Of a stretch of DNA of 64,000 bases, positions 10,801-23,334 are shown piece after piece. Location: the NCBI GenBank assembly GCA_965644315.1, contig CBFFRQ010000031.1, positions 744,001 through 808,000 of the forward strand. Reading direction: 5' to 3'. A program made the position numbers and the translations under genes. The notes under the pieces were generated by a model. It saw nothing but the letters and a program-made list of their open reading frames with translations, searched no databases and was not told the origin of the DNA. How positions within the stretch are numbered: the stretch's first letter is position 1; each line of letters starts with the position of its first letter. This DNA comes from Caecitellus pseudoparvulus. Its lineage: Eukaryota > Protista > Bigyra: Bicosoecida.

Positions 10801-13800
10801 GCAGCACGAGGGGATCCACAGCTTGATTCACACCGACAGCTACTCCTGCATCGCCCAGGACGGACCGGGTGTCATACACTCGCGCTGCGTCAAAATCCAG
10901 AATGAGAATCTGCAGCAAGTGTCGCAGCGCCCCCAGCCGCTTCTCTGCCACATCCAGCGCCGCGTGGCGACAAGCCCGACGGGCAGAGAACACTGCAAAG
11001 TTCCACTGCTCCTGGAAACGTATGCCGGCGATCTCCGCGTCGGCAGCGGACACCACTTGGCCTTTGCGGGGGGAGTGCCCAGCATCAGCCTGCGTGGCGC
11101 GTGGGCCCCGCTCAGAGAGCAGCCCGGACCGAGAGTAGGGCGACTGCGTCTGCTTGTCCGCTGTGCTAGCATGGACAGGACTGCCTTCGTGTTTGCCCTC
11201 GTCAGCGCCCCCCTCCCCTGCATCTGCACCCCCACCACTTGCACCTGCACCCCCGCTCTCCTCGAAGCCGCTGTCTCCGTACCCACTGTCTTCGAAGTCG
11301 TCGTCATCGCCGTACGACTGCTCCTCCTCCCCGGTGGCGTGAGACTTGCTCTCGGCATCTTTTCCGCCAGCATGAAGTGGGAAGGCATCTCCTTGGGGGA
11401 CAGGCGTCCCAGACTCAGACCGAGCCTCCGTGGCAAGTAGTGCAGCAATCTCTGCCTCGAGCTCCTGCTGCGCAGACAAGTATGCAGCCTCATCCTCCCC
11501 GTCAGCCTCAACGAGGTCGAGCAACAAGGCGTTCTGCTCGTCCATGGCGGATGAGACCTGGCCCATGGCTGCGCCGTCCACATCCAAGCGCACTGGGGCC
11601 AGCTGCACGAACAAGGCGATGTCTGCGAGTGAAGGGCCGCGTGTTGGCATGTCGCTGCCAGCCGAAGCCGTCGCCCGGTCGCCACCAAGTATGGCTGCAG
11701 GTGGTGCCTGCGGAGCACCCGGGGCGCAACTCCCAGTGGCTGGTGTTCCGGACGACCCAGTGGCACCCAAGGAGTCCCCTGGTCTGGCGATGGTCATGGC
11801 TGACGTCTGGGCGTGCTGGGCAGCAGCCTGCTGCACCGCCAATGGCAGGCGGGACTGCACCTCGTTGGCACGTGCATCACGCTTTGCTGCCAACTGCCCC
11901 ACCAGGCGCTGCAAGGCGTCAGCTGCTTCCTCAGCAGATGCGAGCAGGGGGCGCGAAGCCACCTCCACGGCCGGGGGAGGAGCACTCAGCTTTGGCGGCG
12001 GGGAACCGGAGGCCGCTGCGGCCTGCATCTGGCGCACGTACTGCGGGAGCGCCTCGCCGGGGGGCTTGTACGTGGAGGTCACGTGAAAGTGGCCGGAAGC
12101 AGTGAGGCTGGTAACACCTGCACCGATAGAAGCCGCCACTGCCGGGTTCATTCGGCGCCCTGCCACCACCTCTGCTCCACGGCGAATGTGGGCGATCATG
12201 AGAGGCTCACACGCAGCCAGGCATTCCAAGGGCAGCACCCAGAACGTGGCAGAGCCCCCTGCAACGTGCATGTTCAGTTCAGCCGGCGTCTCGGCGTCCA
12301 GCACCGCCCGTGCAGCGCCTTCCTGCCACAAGAACACGCAGTCCTCCCTGTCCATGCTGAGCTCCTTGCAAGCGCTGAGGTACAACCCCTTCAACCTTTT
12401 ATCTGGGTGCTTGCAGGTGAGTGTCGTGTGCCGGTCTGTCGCTGCCAAAGCGCCCGAGGGTAAGCGGCATGCCCGCAGGAAGTGCAGCGTCAGCACGTCG
12501 CTGCGCTCTTCCAAGCCCATGGCTGCCATGAGGCTACGGCTGACGTGGGCATTCACTTCCACGAGCGTGTTCAGGGAAACGTGCAGCGAAATGGGCGGTG
12601 GGCCAGCAGAGGCCAGCGGCCCTCCCTGCACGGCCTCCTCCTCATCTGGCGCACGCAAGGAGACTTGGCGCTCAGTAGCGCTCGGGCGCGGTTGGTGGAA
12701 GGAGGCAGCATGTGTGACCATAAGCTCGTGAGTTGCAACTTGCGCAGCGTGGGCTTCTAGTTGACGCGAAAGGCGAGCATACATCTGCTGTGCCTGGCCA
12801 GGCGACGTCGCGGTGGAAATGCGGAGGAGGGCGGCATGCATGTCGGGCGTGAAGTGCAGGGAGCCCGTCCACCACGCCAGCAACTGCCGCACGTGCCCTT
12901 CTGCCACAGGGAAGGCCGGCCCATGGGTGCCGTTGGAAGTCAGCGCCATGGCACGGCGACGGGCGAGCATGGTGTGCCCGCCCAGGGCCACGCTGCGAGT
13001 GGCGCCTGCCACCGCAACATCCGCTGCTCCAGCCGCAAGGGCCACCAGCACCAGCCGAGCGGCCCTGGTGAGCAGAAGGAGCGCGTCAGGCTCCGGGCAG
13101 AGCGTGGGGTCAACACGCGCGAGAAGTAGGAGCACATCCACTGGGCTGATGGCCTGCGCCAACGAGCTGGGTGCCGTGACGCTGACAGGCCCAGAGGAAG
13201 GCATGGGCAGCTGACAGCGGGCTTGAAGGGCAGCCTTGGCCTTGTCCTCCAGCTGGGCGTCCTTTGCTTCCTGTGAATCCTCGTCCTGGCTGGTGCTTCG
13301 ACGAGGCTCGCGAGCCTGGAAGCGGTTGTGCGGGTCGGCCAGCGCGTGGCTGAGCGAGACAAAGGCTGGCCGAGCCACTAAGGACTCAGCTGCCTCGTGT
13401 GGCAACTCACTCAACGTGCACGACCGACCCCTACCACAGGCCTGTACTGCTTGCGACACTTCGCTCTCCGTCGCAGCATACACCATGCCGGAAGCGTCGG
13501 GTGCAGCCACGCTGTCCTGAGATGCTGCCGCAAAGGGCAGCGCCCCTGCTGCCATGTCCAAGAGAAGGTCGCGCAGATTTGAGTACTGCCCTGACCCTGC
13601 TTGCCTCAGGGCTTGGGCCTGAGCTTGCAGCTCGCCCGCCATGACCTTGTTGCCTGTCGCGCTGGCGATGGCAGCGGCAGCTTCCGCTTGCTCCGCTGTT
13701 GGTGCCGCACGTCCACCCGCGCCATCCCCGTGGGCCACAGAGGATGCGACTGACACATCGCGAGGTTCTACTGTCGAGTCGGAAGCGCAAAGCAGCATGG

Positions 13801-15136
13801 ACAGTGGGATGCCTGGCTGCGGAGGGGGTGCTGGGTGGGCGCTGGTGGGTTGGGCCCCAGCCTCCTGAACTGGTTCTTCCTGGGGCTCGCCCTCGTCAGC
13901 GCCCCCCTCCCCTGCATCTGCACCCCCACCACTTGCGCCCGCACCCCCGCTCTCCTCGAAGCCGCTGTCTCCGTACCCACTGTCTTCGAAGTCGTCGTCA
14001 TCGCCGTACGACTGCTCCTCCTCCCCGATGGCGTGAGACTTGCTCCCGGACCACGAACTCTCCTCATCAGCCTCAAGCACAGTGCCCGCACCCGATCCGC
14101 TGGCATCAGCGCTGCCAGCTGCTAACTGCTTGCCAGAAACAGCAGGAAAGTCGTGGACGGATGGGAGGAAGGTGGGTTGGGAGGACGGGTCACCGGGCCG
14201 CATGGGTACCCGCATGCGCGACAGGAGGCTTCGACAAGACGGGTCGCTTTGAACAGCCTTCAGTACCGTGCTTGTTCGGAGTGTCCCTTGAGGGACTGCT
14301 GCCGCTGCTTTCCTCGCTGCCTTGCCTTTCTGCACATGTGGTCTCGTCATCGTGCGAATGTGTCGCTGCGACGCTTCGCTCTGGCCATGCCTCACCTTTC
14401 GCCGTGTAGCAGCTTTCAACTGCCTGTCAACACGCTTGTGTTCTTCGATGCACGAAGCTTTCATGATGTGCAGAGTGACCGCTTCAACTGCCGCAGTCAC
14501 AGCCACTGAGGCGGTGCCCGAGACCAAGGCCGTGGGAGCCCCTTGTGCGAAGGCCACAACGCCCTGCGAACGTGCAGCGGAGGGAGTGCACTGGGCCCGC
14601 CACACAGGTACGGCTTTTTTTGGTGAGGTTTCTGTGCAGCTGGCCTATCGGCAGTCCCTCGGGCGCGCCGGGAAGGCCGTTTGCGCGAGCAACACTCGCA
14701 GCACCTGCGTCTTGCGCTGGCTCACCTCGTACTGCGCAACTCGCTCAGACGCGTACTCCGCCACAAACTCATGCACATTGCTGGCGGGGAACATCAATGC
14801 CTTGCCTGCATCAGCAAACTGCCGCTGCATGTCCCTGGAGTGGTATGAAGACCCAGCTGCGGCCTGCGCCGCATCTCGAAGCGCTGCCTCCATGCTGCCT
14901 TTATGGTCGAGGGTGCTACGAGCCCGCGAAATGGCCTTAGAAGCCGGGCGGGATGACGGGGTCAGAGACTGCCGACTGGCAACGAACGCATTGTGCCCGA
15001 AGTGTGCTGGGTTGGCGCCAGCCGCATCCCCAGCCGCTGGAGCCGCTGCCGTGCTCTGGCTGGTTTGGAGTGGGGAGGGGGGCCCTTCCCCGCCTGGGCT
15101 CTCAGCCATGCTGTCACCATGAAAGCCGGCTGCCAT
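7886..15136 (-). CDS. Very large, mostly disordered hypothetical protein with an internal 52-aa duplication and a possible SUMO-like domain
   Basis: 2239-aa ORF 7886-14605, plus a probable upstream exon from ATG 15136 (splice junction not resolved). Confidence 0.6.
11195..11351. repeat. Intragenic direct repeat copy B (157 bp)
   Basis: Near-identical to 13889-14045; encodes SKSHA.GEEEQSYGDDDDFEDSGYGDSGFEESGGAGASGGGADAGEGGADEG. Confidence 0.95.
13889..14045. repeat. Intragenic direct repeat copy A (157 bp)
   Basis: Near-identical to 11195-11351. Confidence 0.95.
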
Positions 15137-15466
15137 GGTCAGCGGCGAAAGAGGGGCGTCATTGTTGCCGTGGGCGATGCTCTCTTCAGCGCTCTTGGAT
15201 TTGTATTCGCCGCGGCTCTGCACCGTCGGCAAGCAAGGGCTGCCCCCCATGAGAGACATTGCAGTGCGCACTGCACAGAGTCCCAAAGTGCCAAAAGAAT
15301 CTTGCCTTGGAATGATGCGCAGTGTTCGTGCCACAGTTGCTGTGCTCTGCCTGCGAGTCCCCGCCCCCCAGAGCCACGCACTGCCTGGAAGGCGTGTTTT
15401 CTGCTGACCAAGCTCAGCCCCTGGCAGTGTCCAGCAGCACCCCACCTGCAGAGCACCCCACACACC

Positions 15467-17897
15467 ATGCCTAAGAACAAGCCTGAGTCGAAGAGGGTGC
15501 GCATGAAGGTCAAGTATGCTGTGCAGAAGAAGGTGCGTGCATCGAAAAGCCATGCATGGGCAGGGCGCAAATTCCGCAGACAGAACCAGCACCTGCTCGA
15601 CCGCCCCCCGCACAGGTCAAGGAGCATGACAGGAAAGAACGCCGCATGGCCAAGAAGAACCCTGCAAAGTATGGCAAGAAGCTTCGCAAGGACCCTGGCA
15701 TCCCCAACTTGTACCCGTTCAAAGCTCAGCTGTTGCAGCGCGTGAGTGGTGCTGTGTTCCACCCCCTGGGCGCCGCCTGCCTCAGCGCCCGCACCCTTGC
15801 TCCCCACAGCAAAAGCGCGCCGTGGAGAGCCTGAAGGCACAAGAAAGTGCTCGTCAGCAGCGCTTGCAGCTTGCCGCTCAGCGCCGCCGAGCAGATGCTG
15901 CTGGCGCAGCTGCCGCCGAGCAGTCAGCCCTTCAGAGCCTCGCTGCGGCAGCTGCCAGCCGCGGAGCGGCTTACGAAGAGGCTGTGGCGGATGCAGCCAT
16001 CGCGACAGGGGGTTCCATGCTTCCCGACCCCAACCAAGCCGCTGAGCGAACGACTCGCCGCGCATTCATGAAGCACCTTCGCACGGTCGTGGAGCGTGCA
16101 GACATCATCCTGGAGGTGTTGGACGCCAGAGACCCCATGGGGTGCCGCAGCCTGGACGTGGAGCGCTACGTGCTGGGGGCCAGCTCCATGGCACAGAAGC
16201 GCCTGGTGCTGATCTTGAACAAGATTGACCTGGTCCCACCCACCGTCGTGCAGGCGTGGCTGAAGTACTTGCGGCAGTTCTTCCCCACCATTGCCTTCAA
16301 GGCCAGCACGCAGAAGCAGGGCTCACGCTTGGCAGCCGCAAGCGGTGCGGCTGTGGGCCGGTCTACCCGGGCTGGGGAAGTTGTGACGGGGTCAGGCGCT
16401 GCGGGGGCCGAGACCATTCTGCAGCTGGTGAAGAACTACTCTCGCAGCCACGGCATCAAGACCGCCGTGACGGTGGGCGTGGTGGGGTATCCCAATGTCG
16501 GCAAGTCCTCCCTCATCAACTCCCTGAAGCGTTCGCGAGTCGCAGGGGTCTCCCCGCGTGCAGGGCACACCACAACCATGCAGGAGATCGCACTCGACTC
16601 CAAGGTCAAGCTGCTGGACTGCCCCGGCATCATTTTCGGCGCAGACGACAGCACGGGGCCCGATGGAGATCCAGATGGTGGTGCGTCGCTGCTCCTGCGT
16701 AACTGCATCTCAGTGGACACCATCGACGACCCTGAGTATGCCGTGGAAGGCATCCTGCGCCGCTGCCACCCGGACAAGATTGCGGCTCTGTACGGCGTCC
16801 CTCGCTTTACGAGCACGGAAGAGTTCTTGGTCGCCGTTGCACACAAGCGCAACATGAAGAAGCAAGGCGGTGCCCTGCGCATCAACACCGCTGCCAAAGC
16901 AGTGCTCATGGACTGGAACTCCGGCAAGATCCCTTTCTTCACGCTGCCTCCCGCCGACGGGCCAGCGGCGGAAGCAGCACAGCACGAGCACAGTGAAATC
17001 GTCTCTACTTGGGCAACGGTGAGTGCCAACCTGGTCTGCTTGCTGCCTCCTCACTGCACACTAAGTCAGCACGCCAGCCTTTCCATGGCTGTGCGCGCGT
17101 TACAAGAGTGCAATATCAAGTCGCGGCGACGCAACAGGCATCTGGGGGGTGGTTTTTCATCCCCCTCTCCGCCTGCCTTGTCACGTGTCTCTACGTGGCA
17201 AGACTGCCCGCTCGCGCTGGTTCCGAGAGTGGCGCTTGCTTCCTCCACTGCAGGTGCTTAGAAGTGCAACCACACACTCGCAACTCCCCCCCTTGCGCAG
17301 GAATTCGATTTGGATGCCCTTCCTGGTGGCCAGGTGACCGTGGAAGGGAAGCCCACGGCTGCAGACACCCGCGGGTACGTTGCGCTGGCATCCGGTGGCA
17401 TCATGCCCAGCCTCGAGGATGATGAAGATGAGGAGGAAGAGGACGAGGAGGATGTGTCTCTGGCAGGCGAGGCACAGGAAGCGCAGGGAGTTGCATACAG
17501 GCTGGGGGAGACGCAGCACAAGCGGCGCCTGAAGGGCACGCGTGCTGCGGCAGGGACTGTGGCTGCCATGGCCGCAGGGGATGCCGCTGAGGAGGACTCG
17601 GACGTTGAGGTAGACGGGGTGGCGGCAGGCATGGGGCTTGGGCGTGGTGGCGGCAGGGTCAGTGGGAAGCAGGTGTCCTTCCTGGACCCAGACGAGGTCG
17701 CTGCAGGCAACGTGCAGGTTCAGGCGGCAGCCAAGGCTGGGGCCAAGGCTGACCGCAAGAAGCTTCGCAAGGATGCCCGTCGCAGCATGCGCGCGGCAGG
17801 GGAGCCAGTTGCAGGTGACGCCCCCCCTTCGGCGCCAACGGCCCAGCAAGGTGCGGGTGAGGACGATGAGGCCTATGACTTCAACGCCTTCTTTTGA
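15467..17897 (+). CDS. GNL3: Nucleostemin/GNL3/Nug1-family circularly permuted nucleolar GTPase
   Basis: Basic N-terminus MPKNKPESKR..KDPGIPNLYPFK; motifs VLDARDP, LNKIDL, GYPNVGKSSLINSL, LLDCPG. Predicted introns 15533-15615, 15742-15809, 17019-17300. C-terminus YDFNAFF. Confidence 0.9.
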
Positions 17898-18028
17898 TGC
17901 CCCGCGGGTGCCCCCATGGGTCCTACCACAGTGCCCACCCGAATCCATTTTACCAGCGACCTAGGTCAGTGACAGGACACCCATGCAGCTGCCCAAGGCG
18001 CAGCTTCCGAGGTGTGAGACGATAAACC

Positions 18029-20423
18029 ATGGCAGCTCAGGTAACAGGAGACGATGGTGAGTGCTGGACCCCGGGCAAGCAGCTGGCGTGGTTCCCAAGT
18101 GCACTGCCTTTGCTTGCAGGCCTGCCAACGCCAGAAGCGGCGGCAGCCGCAGCGCCGACGTTCAAGGACCTGACACTGGACGACAAGCTGGACGATGTAC
18201 AGCGCATTGTGCAGTACGCCACCTCAGCCATCGCCTTGCAGCGGCTGGTGCACGTGCGAATGCTGGCCGACACTGCCGCCCAGGCGGGGTGAGTATCGCA
18301 GCACCGTGCGCGGAAATGAGGCCGTTGCCATGCGTCTGCACCGCGCCCACACAGCTTCAAGCGGACAAAGGAAGAACTCTTCCCCCTGCTGAAAACCCTG
18401 GCGCAGGACGACGAATTCGTCCTGCGCCAACACTTTGCAGAGCAGCTGCTGGGGCTGGCCAAGGTGAGACTGGCTCCGCCTCGCTTGCTTCTTGGCAGCA
18501 CAGTGCCCTGCACATTCCTCTGGCTGCTGGCACTCGCAGGTTTGCGCGGAGGATGGGAGCGAAGAAGCGTACAAGTGCATCCTGAGCGGCGTGCTGCCCC
18601 AGCTGGCCCTCCTCGTCGCAGACACACAGCCAGAGGTGCGCATCGCAGCAGGGGAGACGTTGGTGGGCGTGGCGAAGTGGGTGCGAGGCAGCGACCTGGG
18701 GGCGCGAGTGCTGACCATTGTCCTGCGCCTGGCTCATGATGATGAGCAGGAGGACCTGCGCATGACCGCTGCTGTGCTGCTGAATGAGCTGGCAGAGGTG
18801 CTGGGGCCTGACCTGTGCCATCAGTTCGTCGCGCCTGAGATCATTTCGTTGGCAGAGGACCCCATTTTCCGAGTGCGCAAGGCAGCTGCGCTGAACATGG
18901 ATGCAGTCTGCCGCACTGCAGGGCAGGAGGCTGCAGGCAATCGCCTGCTGCCTGTGTTCCTGCGCCTGGCACAAGACGACATCTGGGGCGTCCGCAAGGC
19001 GTGTGCTGAGAGCATCATGGGGGTGAGCAAGGGCCTGCACCCGTCCGTGCGCGTGTCAGAGCTCATCCCACTGTTCGAGCGGTTCGTGGGGGACAGCAGT
19101 CAGTGGGTGCGGGAGGCCGCCTTGCAGCACCTGGGCCCCTTCATCTCCACCCTACCGTCAGAGGCAGTGAAGCCAGCGCTGCTGGCGCACTTCACTGGCA
19201 TGGCCAGCCCGAACCCGCAGTGGAACAAAGAGGGAGCCAACACCATGTCCACGTACTGTGCGTTCTCCTTCCCCGCCGTCGTGGCGACGCTGGGGCCTGA
19301 GCGGTGGGGGGAGCTGCGTGACTTGTTCCTGACGCTGTGCAAAGACCCGGCAAGGCGGGTGCGCAAGCCCATGGCCCATGCTCTGCACGAGTTGGCTCGC
19401 ATCTTGGGCGCAAAGGTCGCCGACTCGGAGCTGGTGCCCATCTTCGAGCTGTACTTGCAGGACGTGGACCACGTGAAGGTGGGCGTCTTGGCCAACTTGG
19501 CTCCCTTCCTGGCAGGCCTGTCTCCCGGCATGCGCGAGAGCTTCCTGCCCGTGCTGGATGACGTGGAGATTAGCTCCTCATCCCTGAACTGGCGCTTCCG
19601 CCTCATCATGGCGCAGCAGCTGCAGGAGCTGTCAGTGCTCTTCTCGCCGGCGGCGACCTTCTCTGTCGTGCGCCGCCTGGCGCTGCGCCTGCTGGGAGAC
19701 GCCATCCACGAGGTCAGGCTGGAAGCCGCCGCGCGGCTGGCCCCCCTGCTTGTGCGCTGCCATGAGGCAGACCCTGCCTGGATGGTGGACTTCGTCAAGG
19801 AGCTGCTGGCTCTGGGGCAGGCAGAGACGTACCGCCCTCGTCTCGTGCTGGCACACGTGCTGCGGCATTTGAGCCGAACTTGGGACCAGGGCATGTTCAT
19901 CGAGCACATGCTCCCTGCAGCTGAGGCCCTCGCGCAAGACAAGGTGCACAACGTTCGCCTTGTTGTTGCTCAGTGGCTCAGTGAAGCTGAGGCAGATGCC
20001 GCGGCCGGCTCCGGCGCGTGCGCAGCTGACCCCGCTTCCCAGGCGGCAGCACATGAAGCAGAGGGGGCAGGTGGCCCAGCAGAACACGCGGCAGGTGACA
20101 GTAGCGGCGATGCTGAGGCGGGGGCTGAAGGCAGCAGTCCTGCCGTGCACGGCCCACTTGCTGCAGGCCGACATGTTGTGAAGCACAACCCCACGGGTTG
20201 GCTGCTTGAACAGGCCAAGCTCGTGGCGGCGCTCGAGGCGCTTCGGAAGGACAAAGACGCAGAGGTGCGCCGTGCAGCAATCGCACGCAAGCCTGCAGTC
20301 TCCGAAAAATCCGGCCCTGCAGCTGAGGCGGCGCCGTCTGAGCCAGAGGCTGCACATGTCCCAGCTGAGGAGGATTGCACGCACCAGGCAGCGCAGCAGC
20401 CAGAGGCGTCAGACTCCACTTGA
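18029..20423 (+). CDS. PPP4R1: HEAT-repeat phosphatase scaffold, most like PP4 regulatory subunit 1
   Basis: HEAT repeats LAEDPIFRVRKAAA, LAQDDIWGVRKACAE, YCAFSFPAVVATLGPERW, NWRFR, DKVHNVRL. Predicted introns 18289-18354 and 18463-18539. Confidence 0.8.
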
Positions 20424-20517
20424 CAGGCACCCCACTCGCGCTTGGTATGCACAATAGATTCCGCACAATTCCCTACTTGCACAGCTCCGCTTCTCTCCTG
20501 TGCTGCTTCACGCCGCC

Positions 20518-20745
20518 ATGAATGCCTTTGGGGTGCCCAACAGGGCTGCAGCTGGCCGAAAGGAGCAAGCGTCCTCCCGCCCGGCGAAGAAAGAAGACGA
20601 TGCACCGTGGGTGACAGCAAAGGAGGCTGGGTACTTGGCTGCGCGATTCTTGCCCTTTGCTTGTGTCATCGCTGTCGGCGTTTTCATGACAAAGCCACGG
20701 CCGACTCTCGCGGGTGTCACGAAGAAGCTGCTGAACCCGCTGTAA
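20518..20745 (+). CDS. Small tail-anchored protein, probable Tom7
   Basis: 75 aa; ATG in GCCGCCATG context; basic N-terminus, one hydrophobic segment FLPFACVIAVGVF, and a C-terminus KPRPT..LLNPL resembling plant/fungal Tom7. Confidence 0.5.
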   Translation: MNAFGVPNRAAAGRKEQASSRPAKKEDDAPWVTAKEAGYLAARFLPFACVIAVGVFMTKPRPTLAGVTKKLLNPL

Positions 20746-20959
20746 TGCGGCGCGGTCAAAATCCGCACCAACCTTGTCGGCCTTCCGGCAGGCTGGGTCA
20801 GGCCAGGCGTGATTCTCCAGGCACGTAGTATACACAAAATGAATGTGGTGCAGGTGCGGGGCAGCTCCACCATGGGGCTGCTGGGCATGCCCGAACGCGC
20901 TGCGGTTCGAGTCCTGCCTGACTGCCTGTGGTGTGGTGGCGCTGAGGCCATCTTGGAAT

Positions 20960-22749
20960 TCATTCATGCAGCACCGGGGCCGCGCTGCTACCGGTGACCC
21001 CAACCTGTCTCTTCACCCCCCCACCTACATCCTTGTGGCTGCCAAGCAACAGCTGCTCAGGGACCACCTGCACTTCAGCCGCTGAGGAAACGAAGGAGCC
21101 AGGTCGTGGTCTTGCAGGCTTTGGGAAGCGGCCTTTGAGATGGGCCAAGGAGCTATCTCTGAACGCTCGAAGCTGCTCAGCAAGATGGGGTACATCCATG
21201 GCTTTGCGCGGTTCGGAAGAGCTGGTAGTCTCGGTTGAAGGCAGGCTCGTGACGCGCTGCTTTTGCGGCCTGCGCTTGGCTTGCGCCGTGTCAGCATCTG
21301 ACTCCGCTTTCAAGGAGTCCTTTTCAAAACCTTGAAGCACTTCAGGGCTTTGCAACTCTGTGGAAGACGACGTCGCTTCCTGCCTTGTAGAGTGCAGGCC
21401 CATGAATCGCGCCATTTGCTGCATGGGCATGTCAGGCGGCACGCTCGCCGGCAGCTCAGGGTGGTTGAGCAGGCAAGCAGGGTCACGAATGTTGAAGTTT
21501 AAGCCCGGCAGCATAATGCTTGGAGCTTCTGGCTTCGATGTGTGTGTCTTGTGGGCTAAAAGGCTCCAGGCCGCTTCCAGCTTGCTGTCGGCTGCCGCGG
21601 CCAGGGTTGCCACGGGTCGCACAGGCAGCGGGCTTTTCAACACGTAGGCCTCCACCGCCCCAATGTCCAGCGAGGAGAGCCACTCATGCTTGAACAGCTC
21701 GTCGGGCCCTGTGTTTCCCAAGCGGTACCTGGGATTCGCAACGAGCAGCGCAGACACAAAGGCTCGACAGGCGGATGAAGTGCGGGAAAGCCGGGACATG
21801 AACTGCAGCTCTGGTAAGGGAGCCCGCCTCTGTTGTGCCGAGAAGAGGGTCCGGCGGATTCGAGCAGGGTCAGTGACACTGGGTGGTGGCACGAAGCTCA
21901 CCATGCGCACAACGCCCTGGAGCACTTGGCGCGAGCCAGGATACGGGCGCTGGCCACACAGCAGCTGAAATAGGGTGACGCCCAGGGAGTAGTAGTCCGC
22001 AATGCAGTTATGCAGGTGGCCCGGAAGAAAGACTTCTGGAGCCATGTAGGGTCTGCGGGTGCAATGTAAGGGGTTGAGCGGTGCTCGTGGCACAGAGTTC
22101 GTCACATTGCTGCTAGACAGCCGCACCTGGTGCCTGAAGTGCTGCTGCAGGTGCCGTTGGGAGCATGAGACGAGATGCCAAAGTCAGTCAACTTGATGTA
22201 TCCCCTGCTGTCGATGAGCAAGTTTTCTGTGGACGGGGACAGGGACTTTGCACCGGCCCATCGTACTTCTGCCAGGAAGCGGCACGCACCCGGCTTCAAG
22301 TCTCGGTGAATCACGCCACGCGGGTGCATGTACTTGAACATGAGCAAGACATTGCAGGCTACGAACTTGACCTGCTCCTCCGTCATGCGCGCCATGGGCA
22401 TCCTTGACAGCATTCCGTACAGGTCCCCCTGTGGGCAGCACTCAAGCCCAAAGTAAATGCTCTCGTGGTCCTGAAAGGCACACAGCAGCGTAGCCATCCG
22501 CGGGTGCCGCAAGGACATGAGAAGTTTAAGTTCTTGTAGCACCATCAGTTGGTGCTTCGGTGAAGCGACCTTGTGCTTGCTGAGAACCTTGAGGGCAACT
22601 CTGCGGGGTTCTGCAGTCCCACCACCTCCCCAGACTGTGCGGTAAACCGCAGCAAAGCCGCCCTGCCCCAGAAGCTGCTCCAGGGTGAATTCATGGATGG
22701 AAATCTCAGCTGATTGTGTCCTTCCCGCATGGCAGAGCCCAGCGCCCAT
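20960..22749 (-). CDS. AGC-family Ser/Thr kinase, possibly N-myristoylated
   Basis: MGAGLC start; GQGGFAAV, VALK, IHRDLKP/ENLL, LTDFG, GT/RPYMAPE, DYYSLGV, RYRLG across three exons. Confidence 0.85.
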
Positions 22750-23334
22750 GCCGGGGCGCCGTGGAGAACTGAGTCAATGGAAACGCTCGAGGGGAAACAC
22801 CTCCGCACGCAGCTGGAAGCACCCAAACTCGTTCAACGCCAGAGTGAGGATGGCCTCGCCTCACTTGTCTGGGGACAAGTGTTGGTGCCCTTTGTGCGCT
22901 CGGCGTGTTTCAAACTGGGTGCTTGAACCAGCTGTGCTGCAGGCGCTGGCCCTTCACCTCCACATCAGCCCCGTCCATGAACTCATCAGGGCTGCACAAC
23001 CGCAAAAGAAGCTAACAGCGAACCCTCATGGAGCAAGGCACTATTGCGCTTTACTTCTGCCGATGGAGAAACTTTCAGTTGCGGCAAGAGCATCCTGGCT
23101 GCCAACTGGGGTGTGTCGGGATGCCCAGGCCACGCAACCCTTGAGGTTACAAGCAGCATATACAGCAAAAGAAGTGGTGTCAGGGACTCTGCATTGATAG
23201 CAGACGCCGTGGAGCAAACCTTCCCCTGCTCGGGAGCATGTGGCACGCCCCCGCTCTGCTCCTGGGCCACGCAGGCGGGGTGGCCGCGCAAGCTTGGGCG
23301 ACAGCCCACGCTGGGAGTAGGCTGGCACAAACAC

